In this document: positions 11,223-21,569 of the stretch, piece by piece | Position numbering within the stretch: position 1 is the stretch's first letter | Layout of the letters: every line of letters starts with the position of its first letter | NCBI GenBank assembly: GCA_965224195.1 | Contig: OZ245040.1 | Coordinates: forward strand, 128,001 to 192,000 | Direction of reading: 5' to 3' | DNA length: 64,000 bases | Source: Nitrosopumilus sp. | Lineage (GTDB): Archaea; Thermoproteota; Nitrososphaeria; Nitrososphaerales; Nitrosopumilaceae | Position numbers and translations under genes: made by a program | The notes under the pieces: model-generated | Told to the model about the DNA's origin: nothing | Seen by the model: the letters and a program-made list of their open reading frames with translations, nothing else | Database searches by the model: none

Positions 11223-11987
11223 ATGGCTAAAATAGTAGTTTTTGATTCAGGTCTAGGCTCATTGTCAATAATTAAGGCCATGCAAAAAATTTCAAAGTCA
11301 GAGATTATCTACTTTGCAGACCAGGAAAATTTTCCTTATGGAAAAAAATCTCAGGCTCAACTTTCTAAAATTATTAAAAAGTCTATTAAAATACTTGATG
11401 CGCAATTCTCTCCAAACCTCATAGTTGTTGCATCAAATACGCCTAGTTTAATGCTAAATTTAACATCCAAAAAAATAATTAATGTAAAACCTCCTCTAAA
11501 AGAGGCTCAAAAAAAATCTAAGACAAAACGAATTGGAATATTAGCAACAAAAAGTGCAATTAACAGCAAAGGTTTAACACAATACATTAAAAAAAATAAT
11601 TTCTCAAAAGATTTCAAATTTTTTAAAATAAATGGATCAGAATTAGTTGAATTGGTAGAATCTGGAAAATTTCTTTTAAATAAAAAATATTCTCAAATAA
11701 TAATTAAAAAAATACTTGAACAAACAATATTAAAAAATAATATAGATACCGTTACACTTTCAAGTACTCATTTACTATTTTTAAAATCATTGTTAAAAAA
11801 ACAATTTCCAAAAATTAATTTTATTGACCCATCAAGACAAGTTGCAGAAAAAACACTAATTAAAACAAAAAATAACCAATCCAAAAAAAATTCTTTAAAA
11901 ATTTTTGCAACAGGAAATACCAAAACATTTCAAACAAAATTAAATAAAATAGGAATTAAAAACAAAGTTAATTTGTTTACTTCTTAG
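11223..11987 (+). CDS. murI: Glutamate racemase-like protein
   Basis: VFDSGLGSLS, PYGKKS, GILAT motifs; canonical ACNT and GCTH appear as ASNT and SSTH. Confidence 0.8.
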   Translation: MAKIVVFDSGLGSLSIIKAMQKISKSEIIYFADQENFPYGKKSQAQLSKIIKKSIKILDAQFSPNLIVVASNTPSLMLNLTSKKIINVKPPLKEAQKKSKTKRIGILATKSAINSKGLTQYIKKNNFSKDFKFFKINGSELVELVESGKFLLNKKYSQIIIKKILEQTILKNNIDTVTLSSTHLLFLKSLLKKQFPKINFIDPSRQVAEKTLIKTKNNQSKKNSLKIFATGNTKTFQTKLNKIGIKNKVNLFTS

Positions 11988-12738
11988 CTTTTCTATAACC
12001 ATGACTAAATTTTTTATCATATAGTTTTGAATATTCGTATGTTTTAGGATCTATTACATCACTGATTATGACAATTGCAGTACGTGTAATTTTTTCTTCT
12101 TTAATTTTTTTAGCAATATCCCCTAACGTTCCTTTGATAATTTTTTGATCAGGCCAGCTTGCTCTATAAACAACTGCAACTGGTGTAGATTTTTTATATC
12201 CTCCTTCAATTGCTTCTGTAACTAGCTTTGAAATTAATTGTATACTAAGATAAAAAATTAATGTAGCTTTGTGTTTTGCAAGCTCTGAAATTTTTTCGCG
12301 TTTTGGAACTTTAGTTCTAGATTCACCTCTTGTAACAATAATTGTTTGAGTAACTCCAGGAAGTGTTAATTGCATTCCAAGTGCAGCTGCTGAGGCTAAA
12401 AATGCAGTAACTCCAGGAATTACAGTTGATTTAATTCCTTTTTTCTCAAGATTGTCAATCTGTTCTTTGATTGCACCATAAATTGAAGGATCACCATCAT
12501 GTAATCTAACAACTAGTTTGTTTTTTTTTGCATTTTTGTATAACAAATCAAAAATTTCTTCTCTAACTAATTTGGCAGCATCATGCAGCTTTCCTTTCTT
12601 ACATAATTTTAAAATTGGTTCAGGAATTAAAGATCCAGAATATACAACAACATCTGCTTTTTGAATTAATTTTTTAGCTTTAACGGTGATTAGTTCAGGA
12701 TCACCTGGACCACAACCGACAAAAAAAACCTCAGACAC
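11977..12738 (-). CDS. cbiF: Cobalt-precorrin-4 C11-methyltransferase
   Basis: GCGPGDPELIT, RLHDGDPSIYGAIKEQ, YRASWPDQ, YSKLYDKKFSHGYR. Confidence 0.93.
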   Translation of the reverse strand: MSEVFFVGCGPGDPELITVKAKKLIQKADVVVYSGSLIPEPILKLCKKGKLHDAAKLVREEIFDLLYKNAKKNKLVVRLHDGDPSIYGAIKEQIDNLEKKGIKSTVIPGVTAFLASAAALGMQLTLPGVTQTIIVTRGESRTKVPKREKISELAKHKATLIFYLSIQLISKLVTEAIEGGYKKSTPVAVVYRASWPDQKIIKGTLGDIAKKIKEEKITRTAIVIISDVIDPKTYEYSKLYDKKFSHGYRKAKK

Positions 12739-13453
12739 GTTTTACCACCAAGATTGAGAAATATTTTGTTGTTAATGATGAATCATTTACTTCACCTAAT
12801 GTCATTTTTCTAATGATTTCATTTTCTGTTCCAAGATCTTGTCCTATTGCAAAAATAGAATTATCCGGGAATCCTGATTCTTTTAGAACCTCGATGACTT
12901 TATCAAAATATCTTCCATCTTTTAGGAAAATCATTGATTCAGAATGTTTTGCAATTTCTTTTACACTTGATAAATCATAACAAGATGGAATAATGGCAAC
13001 TTTCTCTGCACCTTCAGCTACACTTACACCAACTTTGGCTGCAAATGTAAACATGGAAACAATTCCAGGAATTACACTAATATCCATATCAGGATAATTT
13101 TCTTTAAGATCTTTGTGCATGTAGATCCAAGTACTATACAAGAAAGGATCACCTACAGTAAGATAAACAACATTTTTTCCAGTTAACACAGTTTCAGCCA
13201 TTATTTTGGCATTTTCCTTCCATGAGGCTTTAAGAATATTTTTGTCTTTAGTCATTGGAAAAATTAATTTTATAATTTCTTGATTTTTAGATTTATCAAT
13301 TATTGGTGAAACAACAGCTAATGCAATACTTGGTCTAGATTCGTTAGAAGCAGGACACATTATGATATCTGCATTCTGAATTGCTTTTACGGCCTTGACT
13401 GTAAGTAACTCAACATCTCCGGGACCGACTCCTATTCCAATTAATCCAGGCAT
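12731..13453 (-). CDS. cbiL: Cobalt-precorrin-2 C20-methyltransferase
   Basis: GVGPGDVELLTVKA, FPMTKD, GDPFLYST; operonic with cbiF and cbiT. Confidence 0.9.
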   Translation of the reverse strand: MPGLIGIGVGPGDVELLTVKAVKAIQNADIIMCPASNESRPSIALAVVSPIIDKSKNQEIIKLIFPMTKDKNILKASWKENAKIMAETVLTGKNVVYLTVGDPFLYSTWIYMHKDLKENYPDMDISVIPGIVSMFTFAAKVGVSVAEGAEKVAIIPSCYDLSSVKEIAKHSESMIFLKDGRYFDKVIEVLKESGFPDNSIFAIGQDLGTENEIIRKMTLGEVNDSSLTTKYFSILVVKRV

Positions 13454-13489
13454 AAAATGTATAATTTTCTTCCTAATTAAAAATCTAGA

Positions 13490-14080
13490 TTAAATCTTAG
13501 TAGCAGAAATGATGGTTACAGGATTTCTAGCAAGCATCATGGTTCCAGTACTGGTCTTTCTACTTTTAGATATAGTAACTTGAGTAATGTCAACAGCTTC
13601 AAATTCTAATTTTTCTAATACTTGTAATACTGAATACAAAGTCTCAATCAATATAATACCAACTACAATTCTACCTCCAGATTTTAACTTGTTTTCACAA
13701 AGTTCAACTATTTTTTTAGTATCTCCACCTGTGCCACCAATGAAAATAGTATCAGCTTTTTCAAGTTCATGAATTTTTTCTTTAGCATTTCCATGAATTA
13801 CTGAAATGTTAGCCAAACCAAATTTTTCAATATTCTTTTTGGTTAATTCTATAGCATTTTCATCGTAATCAACTGCTAAAACTTTTCCAGATGATTCTAT
13901 TTGATATGCAGCTTCAATAGAGATGGATCCACTACCACATCCAATGTCATAAACAACTTGTCCAGGTTTTAATCTAGCTTTGCTTATTTGAATAACTCTA
14001 ACTTCTTCTTTAGTGATGGGAACTTTTTCTGCCCTCTCAAATTCACTGTCAGGAATACCGGGAGTTTTAAATTTCCACAT
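13490..14080 (-). CDS. cbiT: Cobalt-precorrin-6B C15-methyltransferase (decarboxylating)
   Basis: GIPDSEF..PITKEEVR, DIGCGSGSIS, FIGGTGG, ARNPV. Confidence 0.92.
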   Translation of the reverse strand: MWKFKTPGIPDSEFERAEKVPITKEEVRVIQISKARLKPGQVVYDIGCGSGSISIEAAYQIESSGKVLAVDYDENAIELTKKNIEKFGLANISVIHGNAKEKIHELEKADTIFIGGTGGDTKKIVELCENKLKSGGRIVVGIILIETLYSVLQVLEKLEFEAVDITQVTISKSRKTSTGTMMLARNPVTIISATKI

Positions 14081-14105
14081 TTATTATTACCATTTAATTT
14101 CTAGA

Positions 14106-14585
14106 CTAGATGTTAATTCCACTAGTAGTGCTACCTAAATGAGTCAATGTATAACTTACAATCCATGAAAACAAGTATAAGAAAACATAACTCCCAATAG
14201 CTTGTGTAACAACTTTTTTTCTATCTGATGATGGTAATTGCATTTTCATTCCTTTAGCAATTATAATGGTCCCAAAAAATATTACTATCATAAATCCTAT
14301 TGATGCCCATCTTCTTCCTTCACCTTCTATACCTTCAAAGATGAAAGTTGCTGCAGTTCCTGCTATTATAGCCAAAGCAATGCGCATCCAAAATAATTTG
14401 TTTAATTTTTTATCTTTTTCACTTTTCTCAGCAATACTTACTGGAGATTCTCCTGATGGAGTATCTGGAATAGGTTCAGATTTTTCTGTTTCTGGCGTAT
14501 CTACAGGAACATCTTCAACTGATTTATTTTTTGATTCGTTAGGGTCTACTGTAGGTTCAGATTTTTTCTTTTTAAATTTTGCCAA
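14106..14585 (-). CDS. Three-TM membrane protein
   Basis: Charged N-terminus followed by three hydrophobic helices. Confidence 0.75.
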   Translation of the reverse strand: MAKFKKKKSEPTVDPNESKNKSVEDVPVDTPETEKSEPIPDTPSGESPVSIAEKSEKDKKLNKLFWMRIALAIIAGTAATFIFEGIEGEGRRWASIGFMIVIFFGTIIIAKGMKMQLPSSDRKKVVTQAIGSYVFLYLFSWIVSYTLTHLGSTTSGINI

Positions 14586-14688
14586 GTAATTTTCTAGCGT
14601 GTCTCAAGCAAACCATGTTTAATATCTTTGGTCAAAGTTTGAGCATTTCAAAGCAAGAGTATAATTTTAGACAAGAAACAGGTTAGTT

Positions 14689-16617
14689 ATGACACTATCA
14701 GGGATAGAATTACGATATTTAGTTGATACAATTACAGAACAAGTCCAAGGATACTATATCAGCAACATTTATGGAATTACTAAAGATAGTATTCTTTTCA
14801 AACTTCATCATACAGAAAAAAGTGATCTTTTCATGATGATTTCAACATCAGGTGTTTGGTTAACTGCAGTAAAAATTGATCAAATGGAACCAAACAGATT
14901 ACTCAAAAGGTTGCGAAATGATCTACTCAGATTGAAATTAAAAAAAATTGAACAAATTGGTGCAGAGAGAATAGCATATTTTATTTTTGAAGGATTCGGA
15001 AAAGAGTTAGTTTTAGTAGGAGAATTTTTTGGAGATGGAAATATTTTACTATGTAACAATGAAATGAAAATTCTTGCATTACAGCATTCAATAGATGTTA
15101 GACATAGAAAACTAAGTGTAGGTTTAGAATATACTCAACCTCCTGTTAGTGGGTTAGATATTTTTGATTTGAAAGAATCCGACTTTGATGAACTTAGATC
15201 AACAGATTTAGTTGCCGCAAAATGGTTTGGAAGAACTTTGGGTTTACCAAAAAAGTATGTTGAAGCTGTTTTTGAAACTGCACAAATTGATGGAAAAAGG
15301 ATTGGGAATTTATTATCAGAAGAAGAAATAAAGAAAATTTTTGAAACCATAAAAAAGATTGTTTCAGATGTTGTATCTGGAAATCATGATGCTGTAATAG
15401 TTAGAAATGAAAAAACAGAAGTTCTTCCTTTAAAATTAGAAAAACTAGAAGGAGAAATAACACAGGCAAATAGTTTCATTGAAGGACTGGATACTGTATT
15501 CACTGAAAATATTATAGAAAAAGGAAAATTAGTACAATCAAGTGGGTCTGATAAAAAAATTAAAGAATTACAAACGCAAATCTCTGAACAGGAAAAAGCT
15601 ATTGAAACTGTAAAGGAAAGATCAAAAAACATAACAGATGTAGCAAATTCACTTTTTGAAATGGTATCAAAAGGAATTTTTTCAATTGAAGATATTTCTG
15701 CTCAGGAAATATTGACAACTCACAATGCAAAATTAGTTAGTGAAAAAGGAATTTCATTAATTGTTGTTCAAGATGAAAAAATAAAGATAAACACTCAATC
15801 TCCACTTCAATCAATTGCATCGGTGTTATTCAATGAAGCAAAAAAACAATCAGGTGCAATCTCTTCAATCCAATCAATTAAAGAGAAAACGGAGAAAAAA
15901 TTAGAAAAATTCCAAAACAAAACAGAATCTGAAAAAGATCTTTTTGTAGTTACAGAAATCAGAAAGAAAAGTTGGTACGAAAGATACAGATGGTTCTTTA
16001 CAACTGATGGTTATCTTACCGTAGGTGGAAGAGATGCTGCTTCAAACTCGGCTGTAGTAAGAAAACATTTAGTAAAAAATGATAAAATATTTCATGGTGA
16101 TATTTTTGGTTCACCGTTTTTTATTTTAAAAGATGCTGAACATGCACCTGATACAAGTATGAATGAAATTGCACATGCAACTGTATGCTTTAGCAGAGCT
16201 TGGAGAGAAGGACTGTATGGTGTAAGTGCTTATTGGATTCATCCTGATCAAGTAAAAAAATCTGCATCGAGTGGCGAATTTTTACCTAAAGGATCATTTA
16301 CTATTGAAGGACAAAGAAATTTTATAAAATCTGAAACTCTTAGACTAGCTGTAGGTATCATCAAACAAGATGATGATTATGTTTTAACATGCGGTCCTCC
16401 TGAACCAATTAAAAAATATTCTACATTGTATGCAATTATTGAACCACATGGTTCAGAAATGGCTGAAACAGCTAAAAAAATTAGAATTGAATTTTCTAAA
16501 TTGGAAGAAGAAATTGCAAAAAATATTCCTATAGATGATTATGTACGTGCATTACCAGCTGGAAAAAGCCAAATTATTAAAGTAGAATATGGTGATGCAA
16601 CTCTACTTCCTTTGTAA
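14689..16617 (+). CDS. rqcH: Ribosome quality control NFACT protein (Rqc2/RqcH/NEMF family)
   Basis: GEFFGDGNILL, WYERYRWFFTTDG..GGRDAASN, FHGDIFGSP, GEFLPKGSFTIEGQRN. Confidence 0.9.
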   Translation: MTLSGIELRYLVDTITEQVQGYYISNIYGITKDSILFKLHHTEKSDLFMMISTSGVWLTAVKIDQMEPNRLLKRLRNDLLRLKLKKIEQIGAERIAYFIFEGFGKELVLVGEFFGDGNILLCNNEMKILALQHSIDVRHRKLSVGLEYTQPPVSGLDIFDLKESDFDELRSTDLVAAKWFGRTLGLPKKYVEAVFETAQIDGKRIGNLLSEEEIKKIFETIKKIVSDVVSGNHDAVIVRNEKTEVLPLKLEKLEGEITQANSFIEGLDTVFTENIIEKGKLVQSSGSDKKIKELQTQISEQEKAIETVKERSKNITDVANSLFEMVSKGIFSIEDISAQEILTTHNAKLVSEKGISLIVVQDEKIKINTQSPLQSIASVLFNEAKKQSGAISSIQSIKEKTEKKLEKFQNKTESEKDLFVVTEIRKKSWYERYRWFFTTDGYLTVGGRDAASNSAVVRKHLVKNDKIFHGDIFGSPFFILKDAEHAPDTSMNEIAHATVCFSRAWREGLYGVSAYWIHPDQVKKSASSGEFLPKGSFTIEGQRNFIKSETLRLAVGIIKQDDDYVLTCGPPEPIKKYSTLYAIIEPHGSEMAETAKKIRIEFSKLEEEIAKNIPIDDYVRALPAGKSQIIKVEYGDATLLPL

Positions 16618-16637
16618 ATACTAAATATTTTTTTAGT

Positions 16638-17002
16638 TACAACACTACTCACTACAACACTACTCACTACAACACTACTCACTACAACACTACTCACTAC
16701 AACACTACTCACTACAACATTACTCACTACAACATTACTCACTACAACATTACTCACTACAACATTACTCACTACAACATTACTCACTACAACATTACTC
16801 ACTACAACATTACTCACTACAACACTACTCACTACAACATTACTCACTACAACACTACTCACTACAACATTACTCACTACAACATTACTCACTACAACAC
16901 TACTCACTACAACACTACTCACTACAACACTACTCACTACAACACTACTCACTACAACACTACTCACTACAACACTACTCACTACAACACTACTCACTAC
17001 AA
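16638..17002. repeat. Intergenic minisatellite, 24 x 15 bp TACAACAYTACTCAC
   Basis: Counted directly; variant order C5 T7 C T C T2 C7. Confidence 0.97.
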
Positions 17003-18362
17003 TATTTTATTTTTTTTTAAAAATTAAAATTTTTTTCCTACAAATTATCATCATAAATTACTATGATTCATTATTTTAGATTTAATTCCTGTATTTCCTC
17101 AAAAAATCAGAGATCCAAATTGGATCAAAGTATCATCTTAATGTCCATCATGGAATCAGTCTTTTAGGTACATTTCCACCTTCTTTATCGCTTTTTGTGA
17201 ATCATTTTTTGTTGGTGTAGAAGAAGATGAGGTGTTTACCTTAGACTATCTTTTGGATAGCATTGATGGGTTTTTGGATCCCCTAGAGAATTCTCTACAC
17301 CAAATTCTTGCAAATCAAATTCTACACCAAGAAATTTTTGCAAATATTTGTGTGGAGGATTTCTTTAATTGAAAGCTCTTCTATCTTTTATTGCAATTTT
17401 GTTGTTAACAACATCTAGCTTACCAGCTGGATTTGCAGACATTACACCAGTTGATTCATCAAATATTACATTAGTAGAACAACCAATTATACAAACAAGA
17501 AAAACAATTTCTATAAATCTTGACGAAATTGTAGGATTATCAACTGATACACCAAAGAAAAATGAAATTCAAAATACAACTTTTTTCATTGCATATAACA
17601 CATCAAAAATAATTCATCTTGATGAAGATCTATCTATGAAATCATCAACACATGATCAAAAAGTTCATTATGATTATGTTACAATACAACCACAACCAAC
17701 AGTTGAAAGAATTTTACAAACAGACAAACTTTGTGATGATCGAAAAAAGAATCTTAAAGTTGATTTACTTAATTTTGATGATTTAGATCAACAAAAATCT
17801 GATAATTTAATTTCAATTGATTCCACAATTTTACAAACAACCTTTTTTGCTGATCCCTTTAATCTTGTTTTTAATCTTATATCTGAACAAAATCTTTTAG
17901 AATTTGTAAATATTTTTGAAGAACAATCTATTACAAATATTTATAATTCTGTTTCAAATTTTGATCCATCTTTTCTTTTTGATAATTCTTTTGTTGTTGT
18001 TATATTTGCTCCACTTGTTTTCTTTTTGTTTATTTTTGCTGAGGATGTTAAATTTAAATTTGAAAAAGTTCGTCCTTTCCTTTCTTTTATTTTCATTGTA
18101 ATTATTTTATCAACCGTTGTTGTAACACCTTACTCTGTTTCATCTGTATATTGGCCTGAAGCTTATGCTGATACTGATAACATGGATGAATCAATTTATG
18201 ATAACACAACTGCCTCAACAGATAACATCTCATCTTCTTCTACACCAGCTGAAGATACAGAAACTGTTGAGGATTCAACCTCTGTTCACACTGATGCCTC
18301 AGTAGGCTCAACCTCATCTTCTTCTACACCAGCCGAAGATACCGAGTCTACTGAGGTTTCAT

Positions 18363-18690
18363 CTACAAACAGTACAGCAACTGAAGTTATTCCTACAAAC
18401 AGTACAGCAACTGAAGTTATTCCTACAAACAGTACAGCAACTGAAGTTATTCCTACAAACAGTACTACAACCGACATCATTCCAGTCAACGGTACAGTCA
18501 TCCCAGGCACAAACTCCACTGACATCATTCCAGTCAACGGTACCATTTGTAGGATTGAGAAAGTCAGAATCTGTAAAGCCACAAACTCCACTGACATCAT
18601 TCCAGTCAACGGTACAGTCATCCCAGGCACAAACTCCACTGACATCATTCCAGTCAACGGCACAGTCATCCCAGGTACAAATAGTACTAT
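18363..18690 (+). repeat. Coding tandem repeats: 30 bp (TNSTATEVIP) x3 and 48 bp (TNSTDIIPVNGTVIPG) array
   Basis: Visible in DNA and in translation; N-glycosylation sequon rich. Confidence 0.9.
18508..18615. other. 36-bp direct repeat / 36-bp foreign insert / 36-bp direct repeat
   Basis: cacaaactccactgacatcattccagtcaacggtac at 18508-18543 and 18580-18615 flanks catttgtaggattgagaaagtcagaatctgtaaagc. Confidence 0.85.
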
Positions 18691-18875
18691 AGTCATCGTT
18701 CCTAATGCTACTGAATCATGGTCATTTGACACTCAGATTAACGGTTCCAGATTCATAGGAGATGTCTACATTGAGGAGAGTGATTCCAGCCTAATTTTAG
18801 ATGGTGATGGTTATCTTTCAAATGATGGTAATTCAACAAGTGATTTATCCAATATCTCAGTCACCGCTTGGGTTA

Positions 18876-19572
18876 ATCCTGATTCATTCATGAAATTATT
18901 GGGTTATGCGAGAATCTATTTTGGACTGCCATTCAGACAAACAGAAGGAATGATTCGTGCATATTGTAATAGAATTCCAGCAGTTCCTGATTTTACACCA
19001 GTCCACAAGAGAGTAGACAAGCTTGACATCAAAATTGATAATTCCATTGGAGATAACAATGAAATCATTTTAGCAATTATAGTACAGGAATCAAGGTTAC
19101 AAACAGATGCGACAGAAATGGTACATGAGAAGAGGGTTTCTAAAAATCCATGTTGGTGCTGATGCCAGAACTAGTACAACAAGCATTGTATAAAGGAAAT
19201 GCAGTCAAGGTACTGGCTGATGGTGCATATGATTCAGAAAACAACTTCTCATATCTGTACCACAATACAGATGCACTACCTGCAATCAAAGTAAGAAAGA
19301 CATCATCTCTCAAAACAAAATGTTATCCGAGAAGGAAATCAGTTTTGGCTCAGATATTTAATTATGAACTGTGGAGGCGCAGCGTTAGCTATGGGGACAG
19401 ATGGATTGTAGAGTGTGCGTTTTCAGCGTTTGAGAGAATGTTTGGCAATATGTCACGGCTCACAAGAGAAAATACATGGTAAAGGAATTAAAATTAAAAG
19501 CCGGGCTGTACGATATGCTTGCAGGTGTTTGAGGGAATGAAATTAGTTGGAAATGATTTGTTCGACAGAGTA
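18876..19572 (+). mobile_element. Degenerate 5'-truncated copy of the IS5-family element at 21889-22880
   Basis: SFMKLLGYARIYFGLPFRQTEG and LADGAYDSENNF match the intact copy; ends in TIR atttgttcgacagagta; internal deletions and frameshifts. Confidence 0.9.
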
Positions 19573-20072
19573 CAAGAAATCATAAACGAGTTGAAATTCC
19601 ACAAATGAATGACATTATAATATCTGAATTTATCCATGAACTGGCCCGAGTGTTGATTCCGTCTGGCCACCTGTTCTTATGGTTGGACAAGTTTCATCTA
19701 TGTACCAATTTCAAGGATTGGTTTAGCTCAACATGTCTTCATGCTGTTGATATGATTACCTGGAATAAACAAAAAATTGGGCTGGGTTATCGTGCAAGAC
19801 ATACAAGTGAATTTTTAATGGTATTGCAAAAAGAACCCAAACGAGCTAAAGGATGCTGGACATTAAGAAATATCCCCGATGTTTGGGGTGAAAAAGTCCC
19901 CCCCTCAAAAAAATATCATCATACAAAGCCAATAGGCTTACAATCCAAACTTATCGAAGCTGTATCAAACAAAGAAGATTTAGTCATTGATCCAGCTGTT
20001 GGCTCATTTTCTGTTTTAGATTCATGCATTGCAACAGAGAGAAATTTTCTTGGCTGTGATATTAGAGGATAA
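19573..20072 (+). pseudogene. N4/N6 DNA methyltransferase (beta class), N-terminus removed by IS
   Basis: RVLIPSG, TWNKQKIGLG, HHTKP, LVIDPAVGS, FLGCDI; the DPPY-type motif IV region is absent. Confidence 0.75.
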
Positions 20073-20073
20073 A

Positions 20074-20742
20074 TTGGTTAGATTATCAGATACAAAAGAA
20101 AAGAAATGCCAGGGTGAGGCATATTTTAGATGTTTTGGAAATTAACAACTAGCATCTATTTTGAGTAGAACACAGGCATTGATAATCAAATATGGAACTG
20201 ATCTTGAACATATGATTTTAGACAGAGTGCATACAATAGACAATCTTGATGATCATTTGGCATCATCAACAATTCATCAAGAAATAACAGTTGTGCCAAA
20301 AAAAGCTATCAAAAAATCAGAAATTGTTAGTTTTGATGGGGTAGAACCAGATTTTATGATATTTGTGGAAAAGGACAACCTGAAAGCTTGTCATTTGGTA
20401 GAGCTCAAAGATGGTTGTGCATTTGATACGAAATCATCAGCAGCTGAAAAAGAACATCTGCATGAATTTATAAGAAAAAATGCTCAGAAATTACAATATA
20501 CGTTTGAAGGGCATATCTGTTGTTTCAATGAACAATCAAGGGAAGGAATCATCAAGGGATTTAAAAACAAAATAACTGATGAGGATGCCCTGACAGGCAG
20601 AGAATTTTGTGAATTATTACAGATTGATTATGACGAAATTGTAAATACATGCAGTAAAGACCGCAATGAAAACCTGCAATTCTTTATCAACAATCTAATC
20701 AAAGATGAGAAAATACTGAAAGAACTGCAAAAAATTATTTAA
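20074..20742 (+). pseudogene. Putative type II restriction endonuclease with nonsense codon
   Basis: Adjacent to MTase; EPDF...VELKDG PD-(D/E)xK motif; TTG 20074 is in frame with ORF 20161 but TAA lies at 20143-20145. Confidence 0.65.
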
Positions 20743-20789
20743 ATCTCAATTTGGAGAAAATTCATATCCCCCGATAAGTTGACAGAACC

Positions 20790-20870
20790 GCAATTAAAAG
20801 GATTTTTTCCAGACCTAATTGTAATTACTGATGGAACAGAGCAGCCAATACCTATGTTTAAGAGAAAAAT
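20790..20870 (+). mobile_element. Tiny diverged remnant of a DDE_Tnp_4-type transposase
   Basis: FFPDLIVITDGTEQPIP matches FFPELVAITDGTEQPIP of the 1.07-kb IS. Confidence 0.7.
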
Positions 20871-21220
20871 TACCCCCAGATATTATTTTACGCAGTTTTG
20901 GTGGAGAATATTTCTTTTTTCTTTCTTCATAATTAGCATTAAACCAATGATCCATTTCTTTTGGTTTAGTCATAAAATAAACAATAAGATAATGTGTTTC
21001 AACCAAATCACGTAATGACGATAATGATTGTAATTCAAAACCACTATAGCACAATAACATTAATGCATGTGTTATTTTATGTGCTCTTGAAAGTAATTCA
21101 CAAAGTACAGGAAAGACTTCAATCTCAGAAGTATTTTGTAAATGTGTGATACATTGTAATGAATGTTTGATTGTTGTAATTAAATCATCATATCGTGAAT
21201 CAATATCTTCACATAGTTTT
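20815..21220 (-). pseudogene. Fragment of a helical hypothetical protein (DUF5677-like pattern)
   Basis: Frame open upstream of 21060; GFELQSLSSLRDLVETHYLIVYF pattern; no proper start. Confidence 0.35.
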
Positions 21221-21314
21221 TTTGGTCTATGTGTGTTTTATTTAATAATTCAATTAAGAAATCATTCATTTATCTAGATATTATGATGTAAAGTGAATAT
21301 AAAAAAAATTATTT

Positions 21315-21569
21315 CTATATTATTTTAATACAATCTTTTACCATTTTTTCATATTCCTTTTGTTTATCAGGATCATCAAAGATTACCTCAAAGAGTCCAC
21401 TCATATTATTAGCAGGTTCTGATATAATCTTTTTTTGTGAATCTACAATATCTATGATTTCTAATACACAGAGAGGATGCCCATCTGTGTATGAATAAAA
21501 CATAGCGACTGAAACTATTGATATTAAGATTATTGAAACTATAATAATTAAGATTTTTTTTGTGTTCAT
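21315..21569 (-). CDS. Small membrane-anchored hypothetical protein
   Basis: N-terminal TM helix; lies directly downstream of the interrupted gene. Confidence 0.55.
   Translation of the reverse strand: MNTKKILIIIVSIILISIVSVAMFYSYTDGHPLCVLEIIDIVDSQKKIISEPANNMSGLFEVIFDDPDKQKEYEKMVKDCIKII

Larger units (their letters stand above)
17369..18884 (+). pseudogene. N-terminal part of a giant surface (LamG/ConA-like) glycoprotein, truncated and fused to an IS remnant
   Basis: Signal peptide, two TMs, NST/NGT-rich 30- and 48-bp repeats, LILDGDGY...ISVTAWVNPD start of LamG; transposase sequence follows. Confidence 0.8.

Noticed and set aside
16539-16997. 152-aa SSVVV/SNVVV ORF, or a CRISPR array
   Set aside because: The ORF is a by-product of the 15-bp repeat and overlaps rqcH antisense; there are no spacers, so it is not CRISPR
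18229-18345. SSSSTPAEDTE duplicated with intervening sequence
   Set aside because: Copies differ at synonymous sites and the spacer resembles the host protein; an old internal repeat
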